Shown: positions 11,015 through 23,293 of the stretch, piece after piece
How the letters are laid out: every line of letters begins with the position of its first letter
How positions within the stretch are numbered: position 1 is the first letter of the stretch
Assembly (NCBI RefSeq): GCF_006345805.1
Contig: NC_042998.1
Coordinates: 198,028,001-198,092,000 of the forward strand
Direction: 5' to 3'
Length of the DNA stretch: 64,000 bases
Source: Octopus sinensis
Taxonomy: Eukaryota
Translations under genes and position numbers: made by a program
The notes under the pieces: model-generated
Databases searched by the model: none
Told to the model about the DNA's origin: nothing
The model's input: only the letters and a program-made list of their open reading frames with translations

Positions 11015-11567
11015 AATAAATTCCAGCACCGCCTTGACTGGCTTCCATGCCAGTGGCACATAAAAAGCACCAACCATTGGTGGCCGTTGCCAGTCTACCC
11101 AGGCACATGAGCCGGTGGCACCTAAAAAGCACCATTCATACGCGGCCGATGTCAGCACTGCCTTGACTGGCTTCCGTGCCGGTGGCATGTAAATAGCACC
11201 AACCGATCGTGATCATTGCCAGCACACCCTGGCACCTGTGCTGGTGGCACATAAAAAGCACCATCCGTATGTGGCTGATGCCAGCGACGCCTTGATTGGC
11301 TTCCATGTCAGTGGCACGGAAAAACCACCAACTGATCGTGGCCGTTGCCAGCCTCCCCTGGCACCTGTGCCAGTGGCACGTAAAAAGCACCCACTACACT
11401 TACAGAGTGGTTGGCGTTAGGAAGGGCATCCAGCTGTAGAAACATTGCCAGATCAGACTGGAGCCTGGTGCAGCCTTCTGGCTTCCCAGACCCCGGTCGA
11501 ACCGTCCAACCCATGCTAGGCTGGAAAACATGTTAAACGATGATGATGATGATGATGATGATGATGA
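11015..11567 (+). mobile_element. RTE 3' UTR copy with ~6 core/spacer units
   Basis: Family blocks, ends ACGTTAAAC-like + (GAT)n. Confidence 0.85.
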
Positions 11568-12248
11568 AGCATCATTGTAACTTCAAGAGCAAAACATGCT
11601 CTCTTGAAAGGCAATGCTTCAGAAAAAACACAGAAGTACAACACTTGTTCTTGGGCTGAACATATAAGTGTTTCTGTCTCTATCTCCAGGTCACTCATCT
11701 GCATCCATAGCCACTTGTCTCCTGTATTTGTTTTGGTATTTGTATCCCTTACAAACTGACTGTACATTTTTTCTCTCCTTCCATACTATTTCTTTTCTTT
11801 TTATAGTTATTTTCCCATTTAAGTTTTTCTTTACACACTTATCAATTTTGATGATATCAGACTTCTGCACAGGTTTCAGAAATGGTTCCATAACACTTTT
11901 TATATACCATCCTAATCCTGGCAACTGGTCAAACTTCTCCCACCCTTTCTATCGGTGTCACTCTTGGGATGGAGTGCTCCATGCACTCTCAATATTTTCT
12001 TTGTCTTTGTGTCCATGCTCATCAGTTCTTCCTTCTGCCAGTTTATAATTCCAGCTCCAAACCAAAGTGATACTACTGCCCATGTGTTTACTGCTTGGAT
12101 TTTATTCATCCAGTCAATTTTGAGCACAACACCCATCTTAGTCTCCAGAAGTATTCTTTCCTCAGCTGTTCTTTCATTTCCTTTTCCACAATTTCATTGA
12201 ACTCTAGTATGCTAAGGTATTTATAGCCTTCCTTTTCAATTTGTTTAA

Positions 12249-12469
12249 CCCTTTTGTTACCATATTTATTTTGAGGTGCTCTGTGTTTCTTTCAATTATT
12301 TTAGATGTAACAAAGAATTTAGTAAAATAACTTCGTTATTATTCAGCTAGTGTTAGGAACATAAATTGTGACTAAAGTTTGGTGGAAGATTTTGATTCAA
12401 AACTTATGAAAACAAGACATTTGTACTACAGAGCCAGAGGCGGTTTAAGCCGGGTTGGTAACGAAAGGG
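12249..12469. mobile_element. piggyBac-type MITE (221 bp)
   Basis: TTAA TSD both sides; TIR CCCTTTTGTTACC / GGTAACGAAAGGG. Confidence 0.8.
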
Positions 12470-12635
12470 TTAATCACTTCTCTATTAGGTAATTCAATCT
12501 CTGCCAGGAACTGTACCTTGCCCTTATTCAGGTTCACCATACCACATTTCTTGAGTCTGAATTCCATCTTAATATCAGCACTAAAACAGCGGACCATGTT
12601 CACCAAAGGGGTCACTTGAGCCTCATCCTTGCATA

Positions 12636-12815
12636 CATCATCATCATCGGTTAATGTCCGTTTTCCATGCTAGCACGGGTTGAATGGTTCGACCGGGGTC
12701 TGGGAAGCCAGGAGACTGCACCAGGCTCCAGTCTTGATCTGGCAGAGTTTCTACAGCTGGGTGCCCTTCCTAACGCCAACCACTCCGTGAGTGTAGTGGG
12801 TGCTTTTTATGTGCC
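12636..12815 (-). mobile_element. RTE 3' UTR copy inserted at the catalytic motif of the older LINE
   Basis: (CAT)n tail and family blocks between LFMD and YAxDE codons. Confidence 0.8.
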
Positions 12816-13321
12816 AATCCATGAAGAGGAGGTGATTGATTTTTAGAAATTTTTCCTTTAACTGATAGCCCAGGTTCATTTTCCTCAGCAATGAGGTCAG
12901 AGGAATTATACAAAAAACAAAAGGCAATGGAAAATTCCTCTGCTGATGCCCAAAGGTGTTCAAGCTTTGTCCATACAATCAATGTTGAATCAATTTTCCA
13001 CTCCACCATACTTCTCTTCAGAGAATATGTTACGTTCCTTGCAAGTCCATGTAAAATTATCATTAACACTAAAATGAAGGTCAAATAAATAGTGCATGTG
13101 TTTAATTCACAAAAGATGACCATCACCAAGCATAACAAGATGTCACATCAAGAAACTTGCAAAACAAATACACACACACACGTATGGGATTAACAAGTCT
13201 GGAATGAAACCATTAGCTATTGTAAATTATTGAACTTTCCAATATTGTCAATAAAGTTGTTGCCATAGAAATGAACTGAGCTCTTAGTCTTTGAGATTGT
13301 CTTATCTTTTGTACTTTACAG

Positions 13322-13352
<31 letters not shown>

Positions 13353-13421
13353 TGTATGGCTGTGTAGTGAGGCCCCTGCTGACTTTCAAACTGTCTTACT
13401 CAGTCTAATTATATTGTCACA

Positions 13422-13775
13422 TCATCATCATCATCATCGTCGTTGTCGTTTAGCGTCCGGTTTCCATGCTGGCATGGGTTGGACGGTGCAACTGGGGTCT
13501 GGGAAGCCAGAAGTCTGCACCAGGCCCAGTCTGATCTGGCAATGTTTCTAGGGATGGATGCCCTTCCTAACGCCAACCACTCCATGAGTGTAGTGGGTGC
13601 TTTTTATGTGCCAGACGAGGCTGGCAAACGGCCACGAGCGGATGGTGCTTTTTACATGCCACCGGCACGGAGGCCAGGTGAGGCTGGCAACGGCCACGAT
13701 CGGATGGTGCTTTTTACGTGCCACCAGCACGGAAGCCAGTCAGGCGGCGCTGGCAACAGCCACGTTCGGATGGCC
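13422..13775 (-). mobile_element. RTE 3' UTR copy
   Basis: Family blocks and core/spacer units. Confidence 0.85.
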
Positions 13776-14472
13776 ACAGTCTAATTATGCCATTAACAGT
13801 TAACATGATGGTGGGTCCAAGAATAGCTATGAGAAATGAACTGTATTGCCATAAAAGGTATTAATGCATCTATGAACATGGGTTGACCAATCAGATTGAA
13901 AGTTATATTACTAAATGAATGATAGACTTGAAAATAAATTTTAAGAATTCTCCCCCAAATAATTCTGCCGAAGGTTCCAGAAACTTGATTAAATGCCATA
14001 AAAAGCTGGCATTTTGAAGCAGAATAACCTTAGGTACCACAAAGAAGAGATAAGCTGTTCTGACTATTTTATTTATTCTCTCTTGAATTACCATGGGTGA
14101 TTTTCATATAAATAAATTATTTTATGCTATGAAGACTTAACCATCATATTTACTGTGTCATGCTTACTGTTTTATTCAAATAATTTGTTGTGTTTGTGTA
14201 AATGCAAATGTTCCAAGCAATGAAAATATAGAAACATACAAATGTTTCTACAATCACTTTCACTTTCACATACAGCCTAATTAATTAATGTTATGTACTA
14301 CTGATAACGAACGAATGACAAGATCCACTAAATGTGAACCTACAGTACACACAGTCATATATTCATACATGAACACAATCAAAATTATCTTCTAACATCA
14401 TCATAAATATTTTGTTCTATGTGAAAGCAAATAGAAGACGTTATGATGACATTTACAGTTTAATGAGGTTGA

Positions 14473-14475
<3 letters not shown>

Positions 14476-14510
<35 letters not shown>

Positions 14511-14875
14511 GTTTAACGTCCGTTCTCCATGCTAGCATGGGTTGGACGGTTCGACAGGTGATCTGGGAAGCCATGGAGGCTGCACCAGGCTCCAGTCTTA
14601 TCTGGCAATGTTTCTACAGCTGGATGCCCTTCCTAACGCCAACCACTCCGTGAGTGTAGTGGGTGCTTTTTACATGCCCCCCGCACAGGTGCCAGGCGAG
14701 GCTGGTAATGGCCATGGTCGGATTGGTGCATTTTACGTGCCACCGGCACGGAAGCCAGTCGAGGCGGCGCTGGCATCGGCCACGATTCGGATAGTGCTTT
14801 TTATGTACCACCAGTCCAGGGGTCCTGGCATCTGCCAGGTGCCAGTCATAGAATTGGTTCAATTTCGATTAAATT
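14476..14875 (-). mobile_element. RTE 3' UTR copy
   Basis: Long (CAT)n tail, family blocks. Confidence 0.85.
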
Positions 14876-15060
14876 TGATCATGAGTATACAAAACATGAA
14901 CAGAGGAGATGTGGGGGATTCCAGAGACGTTTAGTTCTAGGGAGGATGGAATTGTTGAACTGTTTGGAAATGAGACCTGGCAGGTGAGGTACATAAGGGG
15001 TAGTGTTAGATGGAAGAAGAATGAAATAAGTGAGATCCAGTGGAGGTGATATGAAGCTTA

Positions 15061-15453
15061 TCTCTCTCTATATAAAGCTGAAGTTGTCTGTGTATGGCAG
15101 GTTTGGTAGCCTTCAACTAACACTATCTCCTCCGAGACCCTGTGGCACAAATTGACCAAAATTGAAAGTATGATAGAAGAAGGCTTGCTCTTCCTTCCAT
15201 AGAAGAAAAAATTCAAATCGGACCATGTTAACACCAAATATTATTTACATCAAAAAGGTGCTTTTTTTTCTATGAAAATCCCTATTTTTTACGATTTTTT
15301 GACTGCTGTGTTGCCAATTTTCGGTGTATTTCAACCAGAAAAATGTTCACTTAAAGAGAATAACAAGCTACATAATGCAAAATTTTTACTTTTCGAAAAT
15401 TCTAATTCTAAAGGGTCGAAACAAAACCGAGCAATGCTGGGCGATACTGCTAG
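15061..15453 (+). mobile_element. Non-autonomous Helitron (393 bp)
   Basis: A|TC start, CCGAGCAATGCTGGG hairpin remnant, GCGATACTGCTAG|T end identical to 2614-3011. Confidence 0.8.
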
Positions 15454-15719
15454 TTAGTTCAGAAGAACAGATGCTGTTGAAGAATCACAAAAAAGAATGG
15501 TAAGATGACACGGTTTATTCATGTGTTACACAGTGTGTTTAGGATTGAATTTTTGCCAATAAATTGAATTGTCTTCTTTGCAATGTGGTGATATTTGTGT
15601 GTATAACAACAGCAACGTCCCAGATATTTGAGCAGCACAGTTCTAGGATAACTATGAGTGTAACAGTAGCACTACTGTCTCATATATATGAGCAGTACTC
15701 TAATGAGGGTCTAGGGTAA

Positions 15720-15767
<48 letters not shown>

Positions 15768-15843
15768 CAGCAAAACTGTAAGTAGTGTATTGTTATATAG
15801 GATACATATAGCTACATATATGTAACACCACCATTGTTCCATG

Positions 15844-16160
15844 TCATCATCATCATCATCGTTTAATGTCTGCTTTCCATGCTAGCATGGGTTGGACGAT
15901 TTTGACTGAGGGCTGACACAATTTTGACTGAGGGCTGACACGATTTGGACTGAGGGCTGACACGATTTTGACTGAGGGCTGACACGATTTTGACTGAGGG
16001 CTGGCGAACCAGATGGCTGTACCTGGCCCCAATCTTGATCTGACAGAGTTTCTACAGCTGGATGCCCTTCCTAACGCCAACCACTCCAAGAGTGTAGTGG
16101 GTGCTTTTTACATGCCACCAGCATGGGGGCCAGTCAGGCTGTACTGGCAATGACCTCGGG
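15844..16160 (-). mobile_element. RTE 3' UTR copy (subfamily B) with internal 5 x 22-bp tandem repeat
   Basis: GACACGATTTTGACTGAGGGCT x5 at 15893-16002. Confidence 0.85.
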
Positions 16161-16600
16161 TTTAGAATAGCTTTGTATATAGTAGTGGCACTGTTCCATA
16201 TTTTTGGTCAGTATTGTATGGCGTGTCTTACAATACAATAGCTGTGTGTGTGTGTGTGTGTGTGTAACAGCAACTCTGTCTCCAATATGTGAAATGTACT
16301 GTAGTGTGTGCCTCAGATGGCCATGAATGTAATATAACAGTACTGTCACATATATGTAAGAAGTACTGAAATGTGTTATTACTTGAACTTAACTGAGGGT
16401 CAATAATGACTGATCAAAGATAAAGTATTACTTGGCTCTGAAAAAGCAACCCTAGTCTTTGTGAGACAGAACTGGCAACGATATGTATATGTTTTGGCAA
16501 TGATATACAAACACTAAGTCTTCAGATACAAGCACATGCATACATGTTCATACATAAACACATATATATGCAAAGAAACTCATCACATGTGTACACAGAC

Positions 16601-16644
<44 letters not shown>

Positions 16645-16782
16645 TGTGTGTGCGTGTGTGTATGTGTGCGCGTATTATATTAAAACTGTTTTGGCAGTGA
16701 TAATATTAAACAAAACATTCAGCAGCAATTTGAGATGCAGAGATGTGGAATAAAGGACCTTACTTGAAAAAAAGTAAGGGCC

Positions 16783-17512
16783 GGTATTTCGTCTGCCGTT
16801 ACGTTCTGAGTTCAAATTCTGCCAAGGTCGACTTTACCTTTCATCCTTTTGGGTTCAATTAAATAAGTACCAGTTACGCACTGGGTCGATATAATCGACT
16901 TAATCCGTTTATCTGTCCTTGTTTATCCTCTCTGTGTTTAGCCCCTTGTGGGTAGTAAAGAAATAGGTATTTCATCTGCTGTTACGTTCTGAGTTCAAAT
17001 TCTGCTGAGGTCGACTTTGCCTTTCATCCTTTCAGAGTCGACAAATTAAGTACCAGTTACTCACTGATTCAATATAATCGACTTAATCCGTTTGTCTGTC
17101 CTTGTTTGTCCTCTCTGTGTTTAGCCCCTTGTGGGTAGTAAAGAAATAGGTATTTCATCTGCTGTTACGTTCTGAGTTCAAATTCTGCTGAGGTCGACTT
17201 TGCCTTTCATCCTTTCGGAGTCGACAAATTAAGTACCAGTTACGCACTGGGTCGATATAATCGACTTAATCCGTTTATCTGTCCTTGTTTGTCCTCTCTG
17301 TGTTTAGCCCCTTGTGGGTAGTAAAGAAATAGGTATTTCATCTGCTGTTACGTTCTGAGTTCAAATTCTGCTGAGGTCGACTTTGCCTTTCATCCTTTCG
17401 GAGTCGACAAATTAAGTACCAGTTACTCACTGATTCAATATAATCGACTTAATCCGTTTGTCTGTCCTTGTTTGTCCCCTCTGTGTTTAGCCCCTTGTGG
17501 GTAGTAAAGAAA
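16783..17512 (+). repeat. Tandem array of 4 x 183-bp headless SINE-D bodies
   Basis: Unit starts at 16783, 16966, 17149, 17332. Confidence 0.9.
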
Positions 17513-17699
17513 CAGTTATTAAGAAGATATGTTGTGGAGAAGAGTTTCAATGGGTACATATCGTGTGCAGGTATGTATGTGAGGTAGGTTGAGAATACAG
17601 TTTTGACAATGAGTATTTCAGTGGTTTGATCAACTGAACTTCTTACACCCTGAGATAGACACCATATGCAAGACTGCCATGATTGGCTTGATCTCATAT

Positions 17700-17985
17700 C
17701 TGAGAATTAATTGTCTCCTTTGCTGAATGCTTCCTTCGTGGTGATGCTGTCGATGACTCTGTAGACCAATTCTTGCATAAATGAGTCGATGACATTGACT
17801 GCATGGAAGTGTTGGTGGAGGATGAGGTTGATTTTGTTGAGCCTTTCTCTCCTGTTGTTTGATTTATTCTATGAAAATGCTGGGCTTTGAATCAGTGGTA
17901 TAAACCATCACGTTGATTTTCACACAGTTTCTATCTTCTTTACCTCATCCTCAAAGAGCATTGCTAACCCTCTGCTTCACTTGCT
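17700..17985 (-). pseudogene. Degraded RTE/BovB-like LINE C-terminal zinc-finger region
   Basis: Frame PTLPCSQCHRLIYARIGLQSHRQHH resembles the CxxC..RIGLxSHxRxH end of RTE ORFs. Confidence 0.7.
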
Positions 17986-18069
17986 AGATCTGGGATTTTC
18001 ATACCTCAAATACATATATTCTTGAATTTTCAAAAGTATATGTATCTGAGGCATGAAAATCCCAGATCT
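17986..18069. repeat. 84-bp foldback (40-bp imperfect arms)
   Basis: AGATCTGGGATTTTCATACCTCAAATACATATA..TATATGTATCTGAGGCATGAAAATCCCAGATCT. Confidence 0.85.
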
Positions 18070-18077
18070 CATATATG

Positions 18078-18715
18078 TCATCATCATCATCATCGTTGTT
18101 TAATGTCTGCTTTCCATGCTAGCATGGGTTGGACGATTTGACTGAGGTCTGGCAAACCAGATGGCTGCACCAGGCTCCAATCTTGATCTGACAGAGTTTC
18201 TACAACTGGATGCCCTTCCTAATGCCAACCACTCCGAGAGTGTAGTGGGTGCTCTTTACGTGCCACCGGCACAGGGGCCAGTAGGCGGCACTGGCAATGA
18301 CCTCGCTCAAAACTTTTTACACATGCTACCGGTACAGGTGCCAGTAAGGCGACGCTGGTAACAATCACACTCGAATGGTGCCCTTTTACGTGCCACCGGC
18401 ATGGAAGCCAGTTGGCTGCTCTGGCAACGATCACACTCATATGGTGCTCTTGGCACCCTACTAGCATGGGCACAAGTGCCAGTAAGGTGACGTTGGTAAC
18501 GATCACACTCGAATGGTGCCTTTTATGTGCCACTGGCACGGAAGCCGGTTAGCTACTCTATCAACGATCACATTTGTATGGTGCTCTTTGCACCCTGCTA
18601 GCATGGATACCAGTCATCGAATTTGATTTTGATTTCACTTGCCTCAACAGGTCTTCGCAAGGAGAGTTTAGTGTCTAAAGAAGGAAAAGGTACGCATAAG
18701 CTGGCTGGTTATGGT
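18078..18715 (-). mobile_element. Long RTE 3' UTR copy, subfamily B
   Basis: Extends to ACTTGCCTCAACAGGTCTTC, also present at ~6736 next to the RTE stop codon. Confidence 0.85.
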
Positions 18716-18758
18716 CCTGACATAGGCGACAGGTTTCATTTTTTTAAAATAGTAAGCT

Positions 18759-19267
18759 ATGATTTGAAGGAGATTTGGGTGCTATTTCAAGCAGGCTAAG
18801 CACCCATGCAGTAACTATCTCATTGTCCCAAACAGCGGATAACATACCGAATACAATTCATGATTGTTATTGTTGTTAATCTTCAGGTCAGCCCTGATCA
18901 AGCAGACTTATGATCAAAAGCATACTAGTTGTAACCAACTCACCATTTTCCCTATGTGCAGGGAACCCAGGGCCATGCTACTTAACGCATCCTTTATTAC
19001 AACATGATTTGAGGGAGATTTGGGTGCTATTTCAAGCAGGCCAAGCACCCATGCAGTAGCTATATCATTGTCTCAAACAGTGGATAACATACCGAATACA
19101 ATTCATGATCGTTATTGTTGTTAATCTTCAGGTCAGCCCTGATCAAGCAGACTTATGATCAAATGCATACTAGTTGTAACCAACTCACCATTTTCCCTAT
19201 GTGCAGGGAACCCAGGGCCATGCTACTTAATGCATCCTTTATTACAACATGATTTGAGGGAGATTTG
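18759..19267. repeat. Tandem duplication 2 x 245 bp plus 19 bp
   Basis: ATGATTTGA(A/G)GGAGATTTG at 18759, 19004, 19249; near-identical units. Confidence 0.9.
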
Positions 19268-19331
19268 AGAGCTCTTTGAAGCGGGTTGAGTAACCATGTA
19301 GTGGTTCATTTGTTGCTTCAAACAGCTGATA

Positions 19332-19654
19332 AAGACTCCGCCGGTTACGACGACGAGGGTCCCAGCTGATACGATCAACGGAACAGCTTGCTCGTGAAAT
19401 TAATGTGCAAATGGCTGAGCATTCCACAGACACGTGTACCCTTAACGTAGTTCTTGGGGATAATCAGCGTGACACAGAGAGTGACAAGGCTGACCCTTTG
19501 AAATACAAGTACAACTCATTTTTGCCAGCTGAGTGGACTGGAGCAACGTGAAATAAAGTGTCTTGCTCAAGGACACAACGCGTCGCCGGGAATCGAACTC
19601 ACAACCTTACGATCATGAGCCAAATGCCCTAACCACTAAGCCACGCGCCCTCAC
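19332..19654 (-). mobile_element. tRNA-derived SINE with 11-bp TSD
   Basis: AACAGCTGATA at 19321-19331 and 19655-19665; B-box GAGTTCGATTCC on minus strand. Confidence 0.8.
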
Positions 19655-20184
19655 AACAGCTGATAGCAGGCACGGTGATAACACTTAGTGGTTGTTATTG
19701 CTGGTGAGGAAATATGTATTTAGCATCATTACATATATTAGATGCAACTTTCATACTAAAAGCTGGCTTCTTCAATAAAATGACTTTTTTGTCCCTTTTT
19801 TTTTTTTTTTTGATTTTGTTGTTCTGATGTTTTGCAGTTTCTCTCAAAATCCATTTTCTTTTTTTCTTTTTTCTTTTTTTTTTTTTCTGAATGTATTGTT
19901 GTAAGTAATGTGCTACATAATTAAGTATATTGTTGCTGTTGTTGATGATGATGATGCGAGATATAGCTGTATATTCTCTTGCTAATGGTTGCTTAAGATT
20001 CTAGGTGGGTGCTTAGAATTTCTTTTCATGCACACTAGGTCTTTGTTTGGCTTTCTATAAGAATGGTACTTACTTCCATCATCTCAACCACCATCACCGC
20101 CACCACCACCACCACCACCACCAGTTCATAATGTAAGCTCCAGCTGCAGCCACCATCACCATCACCACCATCACCATCATCACT

Positions 20185-20417
20185 ATGTAGTGTCAGTAAT
20201 GGAGGAAGCCTTGATAGTTGTGGTGGTGATGTAGTAATAGTAGTGGTGGTAACAGTAGTGGTGGTGGTGGTGGTAGTAGTGGTAGTAGTAGTAGTAGTAG
20301 TAGTAGCGGCAGCGGTGGTGGTGGTAATGGTGGATAAGATTGTGGTAGAGAGGTTGTAGTGTGGACAGTGGTGATGGTAGTGGTAGTGGTAGTAGTAGTA
20401 GTAGTAGCAGCGCAGCG

Positions 20418-20475
<58 letters not shown>

Positions 20476-20725
20476 CGGCAGCAGTGGTGGTGGTAATGGT
20501 GGATAAGATTGATTGTGGTAGAGAGGTTGTAGTGTGGACAGTGCTGATGGTGGTGGTGGTGGTAGTGGTGGTAGTTGTAGTAATAGTAGTAGTAGTCGTA
20601 GCGGCAGCAGTGGTGGTGATAGTAATAGTAGCAGTAGCGGCAGCGGTGGTGATGGTAATGGTGGATAAGATTGTGGTAGAGAGGTTGTAGTGTGGGCAGT
20701 GGTGATGGTGGTGGTGGTGGTAGTG

Positions 20726-20768
<43 letters not shown>

Positions 20769-20775
20769 CGGCAGC

Positions 20776-20809
<34 letters not shown>

Positions 20810-20930
20810 GCGGCAGCGGTGGTAATGGTGGTAATGGTAGATAAGATTGTGGTAGAGAGCTTGTAGTGTGGGCAGTGGTGCTGGTAGTGGCGGTAGTGGT
20901 ATTAGTACTGCGAGTAGTGGTGATGGTGGA
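20185..20930. repeat. Higher-order trinucleotide minisatellite
   Basis: Conserved ~55-bp block GGTAATGGTGGATAAGATTGTGGTAGAGAGGTTGTAGTGTGG at ~20325, 20492, 20654, 20833, separated by variable (GTA/GTG/GCA)n. Confidence 0.9.
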
Positions 20931-21339
20931 AGTGGCGTTGGAAGGATTTTTTTTTTTGTACTGTTGGTGGTAAAAATGGAGGGGGGCACGGTGGAGATGG
21001 TGAAAGTTTTTTTGTGAGGAGGTAGTGTTCTGAAAAATTCCATAGCAATATCTACCAATAATAGAAATCAATACAAAATGAAGATATTGGTAATTTCAGA
21101 TAAGGAATTACAACATTGTTGCTGTTGCTGCTGTTGCTGTTGTTGGTGTTGTTGTTGTTGCTGATGTTGTACAAACATTGCTGCCAACATTAATGTGTGC
21201 GCATGCACGCATGCATGCAGATGTGTGTGTGTGTGTGGGTGATATGTAAGCAGTGTGTGTCTGGAGGTGTTATGTGGATGGGTGTGTGTATTATGTATGT
21301 ATGGATGTGTGTAGTGTGTGTGGATATGTATGGAGTAGC

Positions 21340-21800
21340 ATCATCATCATCATCACCATCACCATCACCACCACTACCATCACCACCACAAACACCACAA
21401 CCACAACCACAACCACCACCACCACCACCACCACCACCAGCACAACCACCACCACAACCACAACCACCACCACCATCACCACCGCTACCACCACAACCAC
21501 CACCACTACCACAACCACCACCATCACCACCACAACCATCACAACCACCACCATCACCACCACAACCACCACCACAACCACCACAACCACAACCATCAAA
21601 ACCACTACCACAACCACCACCACCACCACCATCACAACCACTACCACCACCACCACCACAACCACAACCACCACCACCACAACCACTACCACCATCACCA
21701 CCGCTACCATCACCACCACCATCACCACCGCTACCATCACCACCACCACCACACCACCACCACCACCACCACCACCACCACCACCACCACCACCATTATC
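21340..21800. repeat. (ACC/ACA/ATC)n compound trinucleotide tract
   Basis: Direct reading. Confidence 0.95.
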
Positions 21801-22239
21801 ATCGTTTAACATGTGTGAATATGTGTATTTGATGTGTGTGATGCATGTGTAGTGTGTACATGTGATGTATTTGGTGTGGATGTACGTGTAGTGTGATGTG
21901 TGTGACATGAGAGTGTGATATGTAGGGGGAGAGTGCAGACATGTATGGTGTGCGTGTGTGTGGTAACTGACAAAAAACCAAAAAAAAACCAAATCACAGT
22001 GACTCAGGTAGTTTGGTGTTGTAATCATTCACAGGTGTGTAGTCCTCAACTCGTAAGTGATGAACCAGAGGATATTATTGGTGAGTTGTGAAGGAACAAC
22101 AGCTATAACAACAACACCATCAATACCTGGTCACACCTTTCGGTGAGGCTCTTATTAGACATGGTACGATGACCAAAGTTTTAGCAGGAAAAAAAACCTT
22201 TGCTTCAGGCTAAAGTATGTACTATATAGAGAAGAAAGG

Positions 22240-22838
22240 GGCGGTGAGCTGGCAGAACCGTTAGCACACCGGGTGAAATGCTTAGCGGTATTTTGTCTGT
22301 TGTTATGATCTGAGTTCAAATTCCGCCGAGGTCGACTTTGCTTTTCATCCTTTCGGGGTCGATAAATAAGTACCAGTTTCGCACTGGGGTCGATGTAATC
22401 GACTTAATCCCTTTGTCTGTCCTTGTTTGTCCCCTCTGTGTTTAGCCCCTTGTGGGTAGTAAAGAAATAGGTATTTCGTTTGTCGTTATGTTCTGAGTTC
22501 AAATTCCGCCGAGGTCGACTTTGCTTTTCATCCTTTCGGGGTCGATAAATAAAGTACCAGTTTTGCACTGGGGTCGATATAATCGACTTAATCCCTTTGT
22601 CTGTCCTTGTTTGTCCCCTCTGTGTTTAGCCCCTTGTGGGTAGTAAAGAAATAGGTATTTCGTTTGTCGTTATGTTCTGAGTTCAAATGCCGCCGAGGTT
22701 GACTTTGCTTTTCATCCTTTCGGGGTCGATAAATAAAATACCAGTTTTGCACTGGGGTCGATATAATCGACTTAATCCCTTTGTCTGTCCTTGTTTGTCC
22801 CCTCTGTGTTTAGCCCCTAGTAGGTAGTAAAGAAATAG
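22240..22838 (+). mobile_element. SINE-D: tRNA-like head plus 3 tandem bodies (183-184 bp)
   Basis: GGCGGTGAGCTGGCAGA head; bodies start 22287, 22470, 22654. Confidence 0.88.
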
Positions 22839-23148
22839 ATATAGAGAAGAGAAAGAGAAAGAGAGAACGAGAGAGGAGAGTGAGAGTGTATGTGTGTGTG
22901 TATTGCTTAAGTATGTGACCAGAGAGAGGTATGGCAAGGGACAGAGAGAGACTTATGGTCAATAGCATTTTGACCATGGCACTGCCATTTATTTTTTTTC
23001 TGGCATAGTGGTACCCCACACTCTGATTTGAACCCTTTCAAGTGGTGTCCCTGTCCCGATTTTCTTCTGTACAATTAGTTTCATTCAACCTGTTGGCCTA
23101 ATGGGTCTTCATTGTTATTGCTGATCTCACCCTTTTACCCCATTTAAA

Positions 23149-23293
23149 TATAAGGTTTTCCCAAAAGTTCGTAGAAAGTCTTGGAAAATAATGGTCTTTA
23201 TTTTGAGGAATAATTTTTGTTGTTTCTGTTAGTACTTGGCAAGTAAAAATTCAATTTTCGCAAGTGTTTACAAACTTTTGGGACAACCTAATA
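23149..23293. mobile_element. mariner-type MITE
   Basis: Imperfect TIR TATAAGGTTTTCCCAAAAGTTCGTA / TACAAACTTTTGGGACAACCTAATA. Confidence 0.6.

Larger units (their letters stand above)
11590..13060 (-). pseudogene. Degraded RLE-type (R4/Dong/NeSL-like) LINE RT, split by two younger insertions
   Basis: Fragments NHLLFMD, FSADIKMEFRLKKCG, NKIQAVNTWAV, HGALHPKSD, KWLWMQMSDLEIETETLICSAQEQ. Confidence 0.65.

Noticed and set aside
13793-14094. Overlapping short minus-strand ORFs in non-repetitive-looking DNA
   Set aside because: No family motif and interrupted frames; unassigned.
17694-17868. S/T-rich minus-strand frame resembling a terminal exon
   Set aside because: Another frame gives the RTE C-terminal CxxC..RIGLxSH zinc finger, so it is a LINE remnant.
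20183-22028. Long ORFs of 199-292 aa (poly-T/P/V/Y)
   Set aside because: Open only because the DNA is trinucleotide repeat; open in several frames on both strands.
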